The notes below the pieces were generated by a model, which saw only the letters and a list, made by a program, of their open reading frames with translations, was not told the origin of the DNA and did no database searches. Source: Histomonas meleagridis 2922-C6/04-290x (Eukaryota; Protista; Parabasalia). From it: a stretch of DNA of 64,000 nucleotides. Location of the stretch: positions 1 to 64,000 of the forward strand of contig JAANOX010000177.1 in NCBI GenBank assembly GCA_020184695.1, in the 5' to 3' direction. The translations under genes and the position numbers were made by a program. Positions 13,308 through 24,487 of this stretch are shown here, in pieces; the first letter of the stretch is position 1; each line of letters begins with the position of its first letter.

Positions 13308-14110
13308 GGAGTAACCGGAGGAGAATGATTTGCTTTTTGTCGTAGACCGTATGTAATTAATTCAAATTATTATTATGTGAAATGACCCCATGTTATCGAA
13401 TTATAGGCTATAGTAATGTTGTAAATATTACCCAAATGGGTGATATTTGCAAAAACTCAGAATTTCCCAAAAGTAATTTTGGGTAAGCAGTTATTTTTCT
13501 CAATTTTCTGAGACCTCTCTCTTTTTCCAATTCGAATAAATGCCTAACCCCCTCATGTTTTTGTTTTAATTCTATTTTACAAAATTAACGCCACTTTTGA
13601 TACTGGGATACTTGATCTTTCCTCCCACGAAATCAGATCTTTCAAAAAGTTGTATGATAACCCAAAAAACGATACAGTTGGGTTATCGTTCAACTTTTTG
13701 AATCTATCGTTATACATAACCCAAGGGTTGGGATATTTTGACTGCAAATTAATCGTGAATGTTGTGAAAATTCACAGGACCCCTCTTGGGTAACGATATG
13801 GGTTAATTTTCCAACCCTGGGCGAAAAAAAATTACCCCATTTACATGATTAGCTATAGCATGGATTTCTAGTTGGTGAAATGATTCTTTTGTTGTAATCA
13901 ATAGGCAGTTTCCTAAATTCACTTTTTGATTATTGTTGTAAATATCATTTTTAACACAGGATTTTTTTGAATAAATAGGGGTTGTCATTTATTTTTGTAT
14001 CAAAACATAATGACGTCAATATAGGCAATAGATCATAAGCAAAGTAAATTTTTCCATAGACAAAAATTGAAGACAAACAAATTTAATTCAAAAATAATAT
14101 AATAAAATAT

Positions 14111-14845
14111 TTACATTTTTTTCTGTGTGCTGAGGTTTGGCACAGTCATTGCCATCACTGGAACATCAGGAAATCTTTTGCGGAAGAAATCGAAAAGTGA
14201 TAGCAAAGTTGGTTGGCTCAATTTGGACAACTCAATTGTTGGATTTGTGGTATACAAATCAACTCCAGATGGATCGCTTTCCAATATCTTTGTAGTTTTC
14301 AAAATATCTAGAGGTGACTTCATCATTGATGAACATTTGATCAGAAAATCATAATGAAATTTCTCAATCGTATGTGGGTTTTCAATGTTTCCCAGTTTCT
14401 CAGCTTTCTTTAGTTCTGAATTGATTTGATCTGGTGCTAATTTGACATATTTATCGATTCTTGATTTAAGAATTTTGACTCTATTGATCCAATTTTCATT
14501 TGTAAATATATTATGTTTCATTAGGGATTTTTGTGTTAAATGTTCTATTTCGTCAATTGTAGATTTAAAAAAGAAATCTTTGGAATATTTGGTATGTAAA
14601 GATTTGAGATATATTACAATATCAATTTGGAACTCATTTATATTGGAATACAAGTCACCCATGCATTTTTCTTTAATAATTTTAAATGAAAGTGATTGTG
14701 TTTCAATATCAAGAGAACGATAACGAGGAGGTGGACGGCATATAATAGGGTCATGAAAAGAAGCAGTGAGAGGGTGTTCTAGTAATTCATCAATCGCTTT
14801 AATACATTTTTCCTTGTGGATTGTCCAGCCCAAAGTTTGCATCAT
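14111..14845 (-). CDS. divergent bromodomain protein with a possible C-terminal ET-like domain
   Basis: 244-aa intact ORF. CIKAIDELLEHPLTASFHDP...Y...LSFKIIKEK...Y..INEFQIDI resembles a bromodomain. TIELSKLSQPTLLSLFDF resembles the ET helix. Confidence 0.6.
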   Translation of the reverse strand: MMQTLGWTIHKEKCIKAIDELLEHPLTASFHDPIICRPPPRYRSLDIETQSLSFKIIKEKCMGDLYSNINEFQIDIVIYLKSLHTKYSKDFFFKSTIDEIEHLTQKSLMKHNIFTNENWINRVKILKSRIDKYVKLAPDQINSELKKAEKLGNIENPHTIEKFHYDFLIKCSSMMKSPLDILKTTKILESDPSGVDLYTTNPTIELSKLSQPTLLSLFDFFRKRFPDVPVMAMTVPNLSTQKKM

Positions 14846-15179
14846 TTACAGGATAATTCTCAAAATCGATGTAAAATATTCAAATTTTTTTTTAAAAGCG
14901 CGCCAAGTTCTGGAAATTGTATTCAAAGGAGTACAAACGGATGTAAAAAATTTATTACCCGTCATGCTTAATATGTAATTCATTTATATGAGAATGGAAA
15001 AATCAGATTAATTACACATCTTATTCAAATCAAATTTTTAAATCGTTTTGTTTTGAGATCTTCAATTGAAATTGTTAAAGAACAGTGTTTTCCCAAGAAA
15101 ATACGATCTATTTATTGTTTATGAAGTATCATGATTCAGACTTTTGGTATGAAAAATATTCAAAATAAAAATTTGAAGT

Positions 15180-15893
15180 TTATTCATTTTCAAGTTCGTT
15201 TATTTGCATGTTTTGTTCTTCAATTTTCTTTTTGAGATATTCCGACAAGGAAACTGTTTGCTGCGGGAGTTCTTCAGACTTGTTATTATCTGAAGGTGGT
15301 GCTGAACGGTATCGTTTTTTAATAACACGATTTTGTATCTCTGGGATCTCGCTTTCTTGTATGTTAAGTCTGTCAGGTAAGTACCCAATTCTGATAAATG
15401 GAATGATTTTAGAATTAATTTGTTTAGCCAGCTTTTTCTCGCTGAGCGTAATTGGCTTTCCATCAATAAAGCGAAGAGTTGGTCCAAAAACAACATATGT
15501 TACTATACGGTAATAAACATAGCTAGTAATTGGACAGTTTTTAAGAGTAATTGCATGCATATGAGGAGCAATTTTTGCACCATTAAAATTTTCTATCTTG
15601 CAATCACTAAAGTCAAACTCTTCAATTTTGGCGTGACTTGAAAAATTCGTAAAATCTACAAAATTATTGAATGTTGCAATAAGAAGCTTTGTTTCATTAC
15701 AAAATTGAAGAAACTTCATGTCACTTAGTTGCTGTTTAGAGAGATTTTTGATTGGATTCAAATTTAATTCGAGTTCTTTTTTTATCTTTTCAAGTCTCAT
15801 ATCGTTAGATGACGAAATGCTTTTCCTTGCAGGTTTTCTTTGAATGATTGTTTTTTTGGAATTTTCAGGAACTAAGGAAAAACGTTTCTTCAT
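15180..15893 (-). CDS. short leucine-rich-repeat protein (U2A'/SDS22-like LRR cap)
   Basis: 237-aa ORF; ITLKNCPITSYVYYRIVTYVVFGPTLRFIDGKPIT..E is an LRRcap-like motif. Confidence 0.6.
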   Translation of the reverse strand: MKKRFSLVPENSKKTIIQRKPARKSISSSNDMRLEKIKKELELNLNPIKNLSKQQLSDMKFLQFCNETKLLIATFNNFVDFTNFSSHAKIEEFDFSDCKIENFNGAKIAPHMHAITLKNCPITSYVYYRIVTYVVFGPTLRFIDGKPITLSEKKLAKQINSKIIPFIRIGYLPDRLNIQESEIPEIQNRVIKKRYRSAPPSDNNKSEELPQQTVSLSEYLKKKIEEQNMQINELENE

Positions 15894-17057
15894 CTTTAAG
15901 ATATCTTAACGTATGCACAAAACCACTTTTTATGATGTTTACATTACTCGAATCTAAAAAATGAAATTTTCCCTTTTTTGAATGGTAAGGATTTAATATT
16001 ATGAATTAGAATAAGTTTAATGTATTAAAATTTGCATACAATTTGATTCTAGAAAATACATATTATAATTCTCAAAAAAATTTTTAAATTTATTCCCAAA
16101 TTCTTTTGAGGGAAAGCCGACATCCATTTTTCTTAGTAAAATTTTAACCCTTAACGTCAGACATAACACGCTTTTTTTCAAGGCCACATTTGTTTTTCAT
16201 GAAAAACATTTATTTTATTTCATGTAAATAATAGCTTTGGGCTAATTCGATTGTATATGCGATAAAATATGTTATACAACGACAATAAAATTTTGTTCCT
16301 TATTTTAAAGTGTCCAATTGGACATTATCACGGAATAATGTTTTGATTAGAATGTCATGATATGACGTAGTGCATACAAAGGGTCTGTATTTTTCAAAAT
16401 TCGATATTTGTCAGTTTTATTATTCTATATGCTATCATCAAATTCTAATGAAAAGTGATGGATACATGAATCATATTGATGTTTTTTTCCTCCCTCCTAG
16501 TAAATTGAATGAAAAGCATTTTTTCATTTTTTTGTTTTCTTTCAATTTAAGCAAACTTTTGTGTCCTATGTAATGAAAATAATGACTTGTATTTTCATTT
16601 GAACTACTTTTTCTCCACCTTTTTCGAATTCATTCATATCAGTTATATGTTTCTAGTAAATATTTAATGATGAAATAATCAAACAACTGTTAAATATTTG
16701 AAATCATCACATCATTAGTAACATGAGTATATATATATATATATATTGCTCTGCTTTAACTGTATTAATTATCAGCTGCACTTACAAAAATTCTTCAAGA
16801 TGGATTTTTTGGTTACACTGTAGAAATAGCAATTAATTAGCTAATTAAGAACCAATAGGAATAAGTTCATGTTTAACACTGCTATAACTTCTGTTGAATA
16901 TATTATGGAATCTGATTCATATTCATGTAATATACAGCATTAAATAAACTTATTCCATCTTACATATTCTCAAAATCAAAGCACATTCACATAGTAAATA
17001 AAATTTTTATTTATCTTTACTTTATTTCGTACCAAAACAGTTGTAAAGTCGATTTAT

Positions 17058-18089
17058 TCAAACATTCGGAATGATTTTTGGTAATATCGATTCTTGTTTC
17101 AGCTTAGGCTTCAATAGCAAGCACGATCTATTATTTATTCTCGCGTGCCCTATTATTCCTTGTGAAACAGTATTCGGGAGTCCGTTTAAAGATCTCCGAT
17201 AACTTTTATTTTTCTTTCCGTCTTTAATCGAAGGGTAAAGAGCTGCGTAGTTATACTTCTGGATGTTATCAAATATCGGAGACCGAATAAGGTTTGCTAA
17301 TGATTCTCTCTTTTGTGGATTAATGGCAGTCATCGCACGAATCAAATTACAAAATTCGGGATCTGCATAATTCGGAAATGATAACATTCCGACTTTAATG
17401 CACATCTCTAATTCTTTAGAATTGTTATATGTCCATGGAAGTCTTCCAAATGCAATCATATAAAATGTGATTCCTAATGACCATATATCTGCTAGAAACG
17501 GATCAACGTTTTGTCTGCATATCATCTCTGGTGCCATAAACGCTAACGAACCTGCGTATGCGTGAAGAATTTCACCTTTTTCTAATTTCTTACTTAGACC
17601 AAAATCTGCAAGTTTTGGTCTTCCGTAATTATCTAAGAGTATATTCCCCGGCTTGATATCTCTGTGTGCAATGTTTTGTTCATGGCAATACATAAGGGCT
17701 TTAATTAATTGATAACAATATGAATATAATTTTGGTGGTCGAATTGCTCCTTCTCTTTCAATCAAATCTTTGAGTGAACCACCACTACAATACTCTAAAA
17801 CGAGATAGAAATTTGTGTGTGCATCATCAAAAAAGAATTCATACATTGATATAATATTTGGATGACATAATCTGATTAATGTAGATGCTTCGTTTTTGGT
17901 TTCGTCAATATCAGGAGCATATTGACTGGTTCTTTTAATACAGAATTCTTGATTATATTTCTCTGAATGAACTAAAAAAACAGATCCAAAACTTCCAGAA
18001 CCAATATACTTTTTAAACTTATAATGGTGTTCCGGAAGAACCTCTTGAATCTCTGTAAGACTTGGTTGGCTTGCTGACTTCGGGATCAT
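17058..18089 (-). CDS. CAMK-group Ser/Thr protein kinase
   Basis: GSGSFGSV, CIK, HRDIKPGN, DFG, GSLAFMAPE and DIWSLG motifs are all intact. Confidence 0.95.
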   Translation of the reverse strand: MIPKSASQPSLTEIQEVLPEHHYKFKKYIGSGSFGSVFLVHSEKYNQEFCIKRTSQYAPDIDETKNEASTLIRLCHPNIISMYEFFFDDAHTNFYLVLEYCSGGSLKDLIEREGAIRPPKLYSYCYQLIKALMYCHEQNIAHRDIKPGNILLDNYGRPKLADFGLSKKLEKGEILHAYAGSLAFMAPEMICRQNVDPFLADIWSLGITFYMIAFGRLPWTYNNSKELEMCIKVGMLSFPNYADPEFCNLIRAMTAINPQKRESLANLIRSPIFDNIQKYNYAALYPSIKDGKKNKSYRRSLNGLPNTVSQGIIGHARINNRSCLLLKPKLKQESILPKIIPNV

Positions 18090-19408
18090 GAAGATTCTGG
18101 AAATTATTATCCAAAAAATCCTTCAACAGAAAGGAGAAATCAAAAACAACTTTTGAATTCAAACGATATGATTTCAATAGATGTTTGAATACACCAAAAG
18201 AAATGTAAAAATAATATTTTAGGAATAGGAATTTTTTTAAAATAAAAATAAATTTAATATTTTTTGTAATTATCTTTTTTATTAAATATTTATTGATTAA
18301 ATCTTTGCAAATGATTTGTAAGTTGGAAAAAATGTGTTTTCCATTAGAAAATTTACCAACAGAAAACACGGCCAGAACAATAACCGTCGAAGTTGCATTT
18401 CAATTTGAGTAACTGAATTCTCAAATTTGAATGTATCATAAAAATTTTAATTGGGTGTCCCTTGCAGTCAATTTTTTGACTTGTATCAAAAATTAAATGC
18501 ATGTACTCAATTTATATAGAATTGTTTAAATAAAACCATCATGTTTTTGTTGGGGCTTTTTCTGCGAGGTTATTTCACAGTTGAAGATCAGATAAAACAA
18601 AGATTCAAATATTGATTCTCTAATCCATAAGAAAGAACGAATTTATTGGCAAAAAAATGTAACTTAAAATAAATTTAATTGGTAATCTATAATGACTCAA
18701 AATCTAAAAAATATACAGATAAAAAGGAATGCATTAGAATTAAGATACCAAGGGATCAATAAAGATATAATTTTTATATCGATTCAATAACAAAAAGTTG
18801 AAATATTTTTTTGAAATCAATATGCATTTTTAAAAATTCAAATTAGAGAAGAGAAATATAGTCTACACCTATAGTAATATATCTTTTTTGTTTCAAAACT
18901 AATTTTTTTGGTTCTAATTGAATATTATTTCAAATTAATTATTTATTTGATTTATTAACAGACAATACTTATCGCTAAGGATTTGGAAAAATAGTACAAA
19001 ATAAATATGATATAGATATAAGTAAAAAAAAATCAGTTTGATCCAGATCTTTGCAAACCAACTTTTTCCTCAGCTTATATCATGTATGCTTTGAACTTAC
19101 CGAAGGCGTTGAGAAAAATCGATAATTTTGGTATTTTTATGATTTTTTTTAAATGGCTATCTCGTCAATTCAAAAATTTTTTATCAGCACATTGAAATTA
19201 TTTGTAAACATAACAATTCTCGTTATATTATTAAATGTTTTACTTGATGTTTTATCGGAAAAGTGTCTAAATAAACATTGAAATTTCTATTGTAATCACA
19301 GAAAAATGGGGAGTTCTGAAAAAGCAATTGTCCCAAATTGACAAGGTTCGTCTGGCCAAAAAATTTTTCTTTCACAAAAAACAAGCATAATTATGAATTG
19401 TTATTTAA

Positions 19409-19957
19409 TTAATTAAATTGGATGTTTTTGATTTCACACTGGAATCCACCACGTTGTGGGCTACATGCATAAACACCTGCCATGATTTCACCTGTTGCAT
19501 CAAAGATGTGGCCAACACGAATTTCTTTATATACCTTTCCGTCAAAAGAAGCTTCGATGAAGAAGTCTTGTCCTTTTCTTTGCATCTTATAATAAATTAC
19601 TCTTTGACTTGATGAAATTTCTTGTTTAGCCCAATCAGAGTACCCATGGTTAGTAATCACAGAACCAAGATCAGAAGTTTCAGCGTCATGATATTCAGTG
19701 GAAGTTTTTATCCAATTATCTTCGTTGATACGAGCACAGAGTCCACATTGATCAAAAAGCGTATTGCTTTCGAAATGGCATTCAGCAGTTAATATAAAAT
19801 CACCAGGGATACGCTTATAGAAGAAATGAGCATTATCATTTCTAAAACCATAATGAGTTCTTTGCCAAAAATCTGTTTTTTCTTTAGTCGTTATTTTTAC
19901 TGAGTTCCCTTCAACTGTAAATGCTTCAGGTGGGTTAAGCCATTCGAATCCCTCCAT
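19409..19957 (-). CDS. DUF1349 (ConA-like, Ree1-family) protein, bacterial type
   Basis: WLNPP...KTDFWQRTHYGFRNDNAHF...FDQCGL...WIKTSTEY...LGSVITNHGYSDW motifs. A TCATA Inr-like motif lies just upstream of the ATG. Confidence 0.85.
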   Translation of the reverse strand: MEGFEWLNPPEAFTVEGNSVKITTKEKTDFWQRTHYGFRNDNAHFFYKRIPGDFILTAECHFESNTLFDQCGLCARINEDNWIKTSTEYHDAETSDLGSVITNHGYSDWAKQEISSSQRVIYYKMQRKGQDFFIEASFDGKVYKEIRVGHIFDATGEIMAGVYACSPQRGGFQCEIKNIQFN

Positions 19958-20273
19958 AATAATATGATCAGATATATCAACTTTTTGTTTAGTCGACCGA
20001 TTAACGTTTCAACGTCACCTTATCATCAAAAAAGAAAATGAAACAAAACATCCCACATTTTTTTTCTTATTAAACTTATGATATTGTTTTTATTTTTATT
20101 AACGAAATTATAATTCATTAAGTAGAACTCGGAAAATTTTTATCTGATGATATTACTTTACAACCAAAAATGTGTTGAAAAATTCAATATACATTATTGA
20201 AAAATTTGTGTTCATTCATTTTTCACTTCACTTCATTTTTTTAAAAATATTATTTTTAATTATAATTAAAGTC

Positions 20274-23200
20274 CTATTTCAAGTATGGCTGTAAGTTAGC
20301 AGTCAATCTATTTAACCCCAATTCCAATTGCTTCTGCAACTCCATGAATACGGGGTTACTTCTTGCGTAATCGACATGCACCATCACTGCTCTTTCGTTC
20401 ACGTTAATGAAATCTCTGAATGTCTGCCTCAGCTTCATAGTGTATTCGCTTTCCTTTGTACCACTTTTCAAGAATACCTCGGCCATTTTCTTCGGCCCTT
20501 CGTTCACTTGCACCAACAGCGATCCTTGTAACAACAATTGCAATTGTTTTGCGTCATTTCTATCGCAAGCTTCTTTAATTAGAGCGACTTGTTTCTGTAA
20601 GTTCTGTATACTGAACTCTATTGGCGAGAACATTTTAGTTTTGACGTCGATCACTCGAATTTTCTTTTCGAGATACGGCATTTCATTTTCGACTTTAAAT
20701 ATTGTTCTTTTTAATGAGCAATGTTCGATTGACGATTGTGCGCCTTTACTTATTGGTAAATCGAAGTAGAACTTTGACACTTTCATATTTTGTTCGAAGT
20801 CAGTAAGTTTATTATTATCTTTTATATATTGTTGTACTGCTTTTACATGTATATAATATTTATCATTTGTTAAGTCATGTAATTCTTCGCCATCATTTTG
20901 TATAACAATTTCTTTGCCATGTGAATATTTTATTGCGGATTTCTTTAACTTTTCGGTCATTTGCCATAAGTTAATTCTTCCGATTTCTTTATATATAAAT
21001 TGTCCAATGTCTTGGAATTGTACTCGATAATAATTACCGAAATCTCGTTCACTATGATTTTTAGAGAGTATTTGATATGTTAATTCTTGTGTATTATAAT
21101 ATTTTTGTAATGTTTTAACTAATTTATGTTTATCGACAATTGTTTGAAGGATTATATTAAAATTTGGTATATATTCAAACATTGAAGATCTTTTACATGT
21201 ATCGATAATATTTTGATTTAATATAATGAAACCAAATTCAGTGAAATATTTCGATGAACAATAACCTTTAATTTTAATATTCGATAATTCGCAAGGATAA
21301 TTAAAGATATCTTTGAATAAGTTTTGATGATATAAAAACTTGGAGACAAGTGAAGCTGCTGCAATTTGTGAGATAATTGATTCGAGGTAATATTTCGTTG
21401 TAATATGATAATTCGATAATTCTAAAAGAATTTCTAATACTGAATCAGGGGAATATGAAAATATACGTGATTTCTCATGTAATAGTTCCGCAATATCTTC
21501 TGGTTCTTTAGCTTCTTTAAGTTTTTGATTGATCTCATATATAAATCGTATTAATTTACCAAATGATTTGTTTTTTGTCTTTTCACATAATTCATTCGTC
21601 GGTTCGTTTTTATATAACGCACGTGATATTAATGCAAAACTAATCTTTAATGACTTTAAATCACGTTGTTCAACTTTAACTATTGTTTCAAGTAATTCTA
21701 AGTTTTGTTCATTTGGATTTTTAAGTAATGTTGAAATTACATATTTTAAATTCGAGTTTTGATCAAAGATAACTTTCGATTTAGTATCCAAATATTGTTG
21801 TGCGATTTCGAATGGAATTTTTGACTTCTTAATTAACATTGCAAAGATAGAATTAAACATTCCAATTCCAGAACAATTCTTTAATAGTTTTATTATATCA
21901 ATTTGTTGTGTCGAAGATTTTTTAACAACAAATTTTATTGATTGCGCAACTTCTAATGTTAATTCTTTATCATTAAATTGTGAAATTGATACAATGATAT
22001 TACAAACATTAATTATATTATTTAAATGTGTATCTGGATATTTCTTAATAGTTTCATAATTACGTCCAATTAATCTTAAAATGTCAATTAAATTCTCTTT
22101 AATATATTTTAATTGTTGTTCATTAAATTGAACAATTAAATTTAAAATTGTTTTAAAGATATCATTAGTATGTCCATAAATATTTAAAGTCGATTCTAAA
22201 AATGGTATAAAAATTGTTGTGAAATAATATGAACCGCCTTTCATAGGTGATAACAATGATAAAAATGATTTAGGTATAATAAATGTAGAAATAAATTCAC
22301 GAAAATGTTGTCGATCTCGTTGTTGTAATACAAGTTGATAATCAGAAAATGTTTGTTTTATGATTTTAGATATGGAATTTTTATCATATATTTCAAATAA
22401 GTCTTTAATGAAATATCCATATGATTTTGTATCAAATTTATTCGATATATCAAAACAAAAGTTTTCAATTATCGAATTATTAATTTTTTGGAATAAAATT
22501 GATTTAATGATAATATCAAAATAAAATGGAACATGATCCGTTTTATAGGAAGAATTCTTCCAATATTTAATTAAATTGGATACAAAGTTCTTATAATGTT
22601 CATTATGAAATGCTAAAAATGTTGCAAATGTTCGATGTAAATGAATATTTATATTATTTAAAATACTTTCTAATGATTTAAATGCTTCTTCTTTACCATT
22701 TGAAATCTCTTTCATCAAAGAATCTATAATTGGAAATGAATGTAACTCTAATTCGTTTTTATCAACATTTTTGGTGACTTCAAGAAGTTCTCCATTTTGA
22801 AGTTGTAAAATTTCTTTTGATGTGGTGTAAACTGACGATAGAAGTTGAGTTGTAAACGAGAGACCGTTTAATTTATGTGATCCATCTTTTACAAATAATC
22901 CATCATTAATTAATTGGAAAGTAAATTTATCTTTAGAATTAGATTTGCCAAATGATGTCACTTTGAAAACAAGTTCGGCTTTAGATTTAATTTTTGATGG
23001 TAAAAGAAATGAAAAAATATCTCCAAGATTATTCTCACCTATACCATAAAAACAGTGGCTATGATATTTACAAACTTTTTCATCATCAACAACCAAAGTA
23101 ACTTTCACTTTTCCTTTCTTAGCTTTAAATCTAGATTCATTTAAACAAACCATTAAATGATTTGTAAATTGATAGTCATTAAAAAGTGGATGTAATACTT

Positions 23201-23978
23201 CTGTTGAAGGTGTTGGATTAACTAAGAAGGTAGCTGTAAAGCCTAATGGCTTTGTTGGTTTAAGACATGTTTTAATTGAAAAATCTGATACCGAAGAAAT
23301 CTTGTTAAAGACATATTGCGTTGCATTTGGATCAATTGGAAGCATTTCCATTCCAAATATAATTTGATTTTTCTCTGAAGAATCTTTAATATCTTCTCGA
23401 AGTTTTTCAGCTGTTTTCTCTGATGGATTTTTGTAATATTTTATTGCCGATTCACCATCTTTTTTCATAAATCTTCGTTCTAAAGCTAATACAATTCTTA
23501 AACTTGGATTATCAATATAAGGAATTGAAATACTTGTTTCATTATTTGTATTATTAATTTTCCATACATCTGAAATCGGTCTTTTCTTTTCAATATCATA
23601 AATACAAAGACTTAATGTAATTGGTTCGATGATTTGTGAAGGATGAGTCAAAGAAGTATATTTCAAATTCAATTTCTTTAATCCTTCTGGACCATAAGCA
23701 AAAGGTTTAGTTCTTCTATCAGTAAATTCTGGGAATTGAAAAGATTGATCTTGAATATTAATAAAAGGATCGAATTTTTTATCTTCTTTTGTTTGATTTG
23801 AATAATCTCGCACTAAAACTTGTGCAGGTTTTGTATAAAAAGTATATCCAATATTTGAATTTTTACATTTAGGATTTGGTTCACGAAGAACATTTGGATC
23901 CTTAACAATACGTACAGACGGTTCCAATAGTCCAAAAGATGGAAAAGTCTTTACACATTTTTTCAGCCAGGAATCCAT
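20274..23978 (-). CDS. DOCK-family (DHR-2) Rho/Rac guanine-nucleotide exchange factor
   Basis: 1234-aa ORF. The C-terminal FSPIE...LQLLLQGSLLVQVNEGPKKMAEVF...LRQTFRDFI is the DHR-2 signature. Confidence 0.9.
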   Translation of the reverse strand: MDSWLKKCVKTFPSFGLLEPSVRIVKDPNVLREPNPKCKNSNIGYTFYTKPAQVLVRDYSNQTKEDKKFDPFINIQDQSFQFPEFTDRRTKPFAYGPEGLKKLNLKYTSLTHPSQIIEPITLSLCIYDIEKKRPISDVWKINNTNNETSISIPYIDNPSLRIVLALERRFMKKDGESAIKYYKNPSEKTAEKLREDIKDSSEKNQIIFGMEMLPIDPNATQYVFNKISSVSDFSIKTCLKPTKPLGFTATFLVNPTPSTEVLHPLFNDYQFTNHLMVCLNESRFKAKKGKVKVTLVVDDEKVCKYHSHCFYGIGENNLGDIFSFLLPSKIKSKAELVFKVTSFGKSNSKDKFTFQLINDGLFVKDGSHKLNGLSFTTQLLSSVYTTSKEILQLQNGELLEVTKNVDKNELELHSFPIIDSLMKEISNGKEEAFKSLESILNNINIHLHRTFATFLAFHNEHYKNFVSNLIKYWKNSSYKTDHVPFYFDIIIKSILFQKINNSIIENFCFDISNKFDTKSYGYFIKDLFEIYDKNSISKIIKQTFSDYQLVLQQRDRQHFREFISTFIIPKSFLSLLSPMKGGSYYFTTIFIPFLESTLNIYGHTNDIFKTILNLIVQFNEQQLKYIKENLIDILRLIGRNYETIKKYPDTHLNNIINVCNIIVSISQFNDKELTLEVAQSIKFVVKKSSTQQIDIIKLLKNCSGIGMFNSIFAMLIKKSKIPFEIAQQYLDTKSKVIFDQNSNLKYVISTLLKNPNEQNLELLETIVKVEQRDLKSLKISFALISRALYKNEPTNELCEKTKNKSFGKLIRFIYEINQKLKEAKEPEDIAELLHEKSRIFSYSPDSVLEILLELSNYHITTKYYLESIISQIAAASLVSKFLYHQNLFKDIFNYPCELSNIKIKGYCSSKYFTEFGFIILNQNIIDTCKRSSMFEYIPNFNIILQTIVDKHKLVKTLQKYYNTQELTYQILSKNHSERDFGNYYRVQFQDIGQFIYKEIGRINLWQMTEKLKKSAIKYSHGKEIVIQNDGEELHDLTNDKYYIHVKAVQQYIKDNNKLTDFEQNMKVSKFYFDLPISKGAQSSIEHCSLKRTIFKVENEMPYLEKKIRVIDVKTKMFSPIEFSIQNLQKQVALIKEACDRNDAKQLQLLLQGSLLVQVNEGPKKMAEVFLKSGTKESEYTMKLRQTFRDFINVNERAVMVHVDYARSNPVFMELQKQLELGLNRLTANLQPYLK

Positions 23979-24487
23979 GATTGTGATGTGAGGTACCTTC
24001 CGATTTCAATTTATTCACTTTTTGAATAATAATGATCGGACGAGATTCTTTTGCAATGAAAAGTTCTGTAACCATTTTTTCATACTTACATACGTATATA
24101 TCATACGAAGAATATAATTTTCAATATGTTAGTTTTGGTGTGTTGATATCAACAAAAATATATAAATTAATATATATTTTAGAAAATTTACTCTGAAAGT
24201 CATACGTAATTACCTTCATTTCATCTTCATGATTTAACATAAAACAACCAGCTCACCTCATGTTTTTATCACTTATAGTTGCTATAATAAGTGGTGTATC
24301 AAATAATTTGAAAAAATTCCAAATTTCATCATGAAACATCAAAATATTTATTTACATATACGGATTTTAACATATAAGAACAGTATACAAATTTTTATGA
24401 AGATGTAATAATTTTTTTAAAATTTTCTTTGAAATAGAAAATAAATACACCTACTTGGAATTACTTATTGAACTCCAAAAAATCATT

